From Prevotella sp. (GTDB taxonomy: Bacteria > Bacteroidota > Bacteroidia > Bacteroidales > Bacteroidaceae), in NCBI GenBank assembly GCA_016283605.1, contig JAEENF010000079.1, forward strand, positions 1 through 47,107: DNA of 47,107 nt, in the 5' to 3' direction. Below are positions 44,334 through 47,107 of this stretch, piece by piece. The translations under genes were made by a program, and so were the position numbers. The stretch's first letter is position 1. Every line of letters begins with the position of its first letter. Under the pieces are notes generated by a model that was given only the letters and a program-made list of their open reading frames with translations, was not told the origin of the DNA and made no database searches.

Positions 44334-46427
44334 ATGAAGAAACTATATTTCATCCTGTCATTGTTGTGTATGAGCATGGCGATGACAGCACAAGACGAAC
44401 ATCAACATAAACATTGGAACCATGAACATCCCAACGATTCTACAGACGTTTTCTTTAAACATCTGAAGTTGAATGAGTTGGTTGTCACTGGCGTGACTGG
44501 TGACACAAAATTGAAGAACTCCACAGCCCCTATCTCAATAGTCTCGGGCAAGACCCTGCGACAAACCACCTCTACGAACATCATCGATGCCATTGCCAAG
44601 CAACCCGGCATCGCACAGATTACCACAGGCAGCGGTATCTCGAAACCCATCATCCGAGGACTCGGCTATAACCGCATCATCGTCATGAATGAGGGTATCC
44701 GACAGGAAGGACAGCAATGGGGTGATGAACATGGCATTGAGATTGACGGTCAGAATGTAAACTCTGTAGAAATTCTAAAAGGTCCAGCCTCACTGATGTA
44801 TGGCAGCGACGCCATGGCCGGGGTGATGATCCTGCACGGAGCGCCAATCCTGCCCGAAGGAGACATGAAGGCGCAGGTCTCAACGGAGTATCAAACGAAC
44901 AACGGACTCTTCGACTACTCACTGAACTTCGCAGGCCACAAACAGGGATTCGTATGGGATGCCCGTTTCACGGATAAGATGGCTCACGCCTATAAGAACA
45001 AATACGACGGTTACGTCCCTGGATCGCAGTTCAAGGAAAGGGCTGCCAGAATGATGATCGGATTGAACAAATCCTGGGGACATTCCCATTTGGTGGGTTC
45101 TGTCTTCCATCAGACGCCTAGCATCATCGAGGGTGAACGTGACGAGGTGACAGGAGAACTGGAATGTATCACAGACAATATCAAAACCTATTCCAAGGCA
45201 CTCCCATTCCAAAAGATCAATCATTATAAGGCGGTTTGGGATAACTCCTTCAACCTTCCTAAAGGCTGGCTGAAGGCCATCTTCGGCTACCAGCAGAACC
45301 AACGACAGGAGTTTGAAGAATCTGACGATGACTATGAACTCTACTTTAAACTCCACACCCTGACCTACGACCTCCGCTATCTCTCCCAGGAGTGGAATGG
45401 TTGGAAAATGGCTGGCGGTATCAACGGCATGTGGCAACAGTCATTAAACCTGGGTGAGGAGTCGTTGATTCCGGAATATAAGCTCTTCGACATCGGTGGC
45501 TATGCTACGGTCAGTAAGGCAATGGATCATCTGACACTTAATGGAGGTCTACGCTACGACAACCGTCACATCGACTTTCACTCACGCAATTTCGGGAGCA
45601 TTTCCGGTAGTATTGGCGCAGTGTGGAATGTCTGCGAGCATACGAATGTCCGCCTGAACATCGCCCGTGGATTCCGTGCACCGAATATGAGTGAATTGGG
45701 ATCTGATGGTGTACATGAGGGGACTATCCGTTATGAGACTGGCAATGCTGACCTGAAGCCTGAATACAGCTGGCAAGCAGACCTCGGTCTTGACATCTGC
45801 TTACCACTGGTCTCTGCACAGGTTGCCCTCTTTGCGAACCGCATAGAAAACTATATCTTTGCCAAACGCATACCTCAAGTCATGGAAGAGGGGTATCTGA
45901 CCTATCAGTACACGCAGGGCGACGCCAGACTCTTGGGTTTTGAGGCCGGCTTCGACTTCCACCCCATACACAGAGTACATTTCCAGAACACCTTCTCGTA
46001 TGTCGACGCCAGACAGATGCATGCCTCTTCTGAAGCAAAATATCTGCCGATGACACCGGCACCACGCTGGAATTCGGAACTGAAATACGAGTTCACACAC
46101 CACAACCACAAAGTGCTCAACAATGCTTTTGTGGCAATCGGTATGGAATGTAACCTCGCACAGAACCACTATTATAAGGTAGACGATACAGAAACACGCA
46201 CGCCTGGTTACACGCTGCTGAGTCTCTCAGCTGGTACCGACCTGAATATAAAACACAGAAAAGTCGCAGAATTCTACATCACAGCGGATAACCTATTGAA
46301 CAAAGCCTACCAAAACCATCTAAGCCGACTGAAGTACTGCGACATCAACAATGCCACAGGACGTCAGGGCGTCTATAACATGGGACGCAACATCGTGTTC
46401 AAAATGATACTCCCAATATCTATGTAA
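44334..46427 (+). CDS. TonB-dependent receptor, probably metal uptake
   Basis: Signal peptide, His-rich DEHQHKHWNHEH, TonB box ELVVTG, plug KPIIRGLG/VEILKGPASLMYGSDA, RGFRAPN, DNLLNKAY, GRN terminal strand. Confidence 0.92.
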   Translation: MKKLYFILSLLCMSMAMTAQDEHQHKHWNHEHPNDSTDVFFKHLKLNELVVTGVTGDTKLKNSTAPISIVSGKTLRQTTSTNIIDAIAKQPGIAQITTGSGISKPIIRGLGYNRIIVMNEGIRQEGQQWGDEHGIEIDGQNVNSVEILKGPASLMYGSDAMAGVMILHGAPILPEGDMKAQVSTEYQTNNGLFDYSLNFAGHKQGFVWDARFTDKMAHAYKNKYDGYVPGSQFKERAARMMIGLNKSWGHSHLVGSVFHQTPSIIEGERDEVTGELECITDNIKTYSKALPFQKINHYKAVWDNSFNLPKGWLKAIFGYQQNQRQEFEESDDDYELYFKLHTLTYDLRYLSQEWNGWKMAGGINGMWQQSLNLGEESLIPEYKLFDIGGYATVSKAMDHLTLNGGLRYDNRHIDFHSRNFGSISGSIGAVWNVCEHTNVRLNIARGFRAPNMSELGSDGVHEGTIRYETGNADLKPEYSWQADLGLDICLPLVSAQVALFANRIENYIFAKRIPQVMEEGYLTYQYTQGDARLLGFEAGFDFHPIHRVHFQNTFSYVDARQMHASSEAKYLPMTPAPRWNSELKYEFTHHNHKVLNNAFVAIGMECNLAQNHYYKVDDTETRTPGYTLLSLSAGTDLNIKHRKVAEFYITADNLLNKAYQNHLSRLKYCDINNATGRQGVYNMGRNIVFKMILPISM

Positions 46428-46432
46428 CATTT

Positions 46433-46454
46433 ATCCCCGCCGATTGGCGGGGAT
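46433..46454. terminator. Hairpin between the convergent TonB receptor and alaS genes; probable terminator
   Basis: ATCCCCGCC-GATT-GGCGGGGAT, a perfect 9-bp stem with AT-rich flanks. Confidence 0.75.
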
Positions 46455-46459
46455 TAATA

Positions 46460-47107
46460 TTATAGATTTGCTAACTCTATCACTTTATCGACTGCAGCAC
46501 TGAGTCCGTCGACATTTTTACCACCAGCTTGGGCAAAGTGGGGCTGACCACCACCACCACCCTGGATGAGTTTGGCGGCTTCACGAACCATCTGACCAGC
46601 GTTGAGTCCGTGGTCGCTCACCATATCGTCGCTCATCATAATCGTAAGTTGAGGTTTCTGATTGTCGTGAGAGCCGATGACGCAAAGCAATGAGCCCTCA
46701 ACAGCAGCGCGAATCTTGAAGGCGAGGTCCTTGGCAGCGGCAGGAGCCATAGGCGCTACAGCGGTGATAACCTTGACACCATTCACCTCGCGAGCCTTCT
46801 CAACGAGACGCTGGGCAGCACGCTCGACGGCCTGAGCCTGGAAACCTTCAATTTCCTTCTTCATGGCGTCGTGCTCATCGATATATTTCTGGATAACGCC
46901 TTGCAGGTCCTTCGCATTGTTAAAGAACGATTTGATGGTCTTGAGAATATCCTCCATCTGGTAGAGACGCTCTTCGCAATCCTTACCGGTAGTGGCCTCA
47001 ATACGACGGATACCAGCAGCAACACTGCTCTCAGAGAGAATTTTGAAGAAACCGATACGACCGGTTGACGAGGCATGGATACCACCGCAGAACTCGCAAG
47101 AGGGACC
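46460..47107 (-). CDS. alaS: Alanine--tRNA ligase, C-terminal part (5' end outside window)
   Basis: The frame is open to the window edge: EFCGGIH, ESSVAAGIRRIEA, DHHA1 GGGGGQPHFAQAGG. Confidence 0.96.
   Translation of the reverse strand, partial: GPSCEFCGGIHASSTGRIGFFKILSESSVAAGIRRIEATTGKDCEERLYQMEDILKTIKSFFNNAKDLQGVIQKYIDEHDAMKKEIEGFQAQAVERAAQRLVEKAREVNGVKVITAVAPMAPAAAKDLAFKIRAAVEGSLLCVIGSHDNQKPQLTIMMSDDMVSDHGLNAGQMVREAAKLIQGGGGGQPHFAQAGGKNVDGLSAAVDKVIELANL

Noticed and set aside
1-47107. Integrase, transposase, tRNA/att boundary, CRISPR array or RNA gene
   Set aside because: None recognised. No direct repeats flanking the NRPS cluster were seen, so it is not called a mobile element.

Overview
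Window from a Bacteroidales chromosome, most likely a Prevotella-type organism. This is inferred from TAnnTTTG -7 promoters, T9SS C-terminal domains and the parA-parB-DUF5683-mltD-relA-merR-alaS gene order. The left part (2065-28765, minus strand) is one tightly packed 26.7 kb biosynthetic locus. It encodes an acyl-CoA ligase, a MATE transporter fused to an RsbW-like HATPase domain, a 5836-aa five-module NRPS (C-A-T-E-C-A-T-C-A-T-C-A-T-C-A-T-TE) and a MacAB-TolC-type exporter (ATPase, two permeases, adaptor, TolC). The NRPS has strongly acidic adenylation pockets, non-canonical G(M/L/I)TS carrier motifs and a thioesterase with Cys in place of the catalytic Ser. Together these suggest an uncharacterised N-acylated cationic pentapeptide with a D-residue at position 1. 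A tiny ORF that is almost only a lipoprotein signal peptide lies just upstream of the cluster. The right part is mostly housekeeping: S8 protease, uracil permease, DUF5020, lpxB, surE, parAB, mltD, relA/spoT, pectin methylesterase, MerR and partial alaS. It also carries a candidate metal-sensing CxxC/His-rich RGPP leader ORF in front of a TonB-dependent receptor with a His-rich N-terminus. Short degenerate 7-nt tandem repeats occur at four sites, three of them overlapping coding sequence. Domain boundaries and specificity codes were read by eye and are approximate; no database searches were run.
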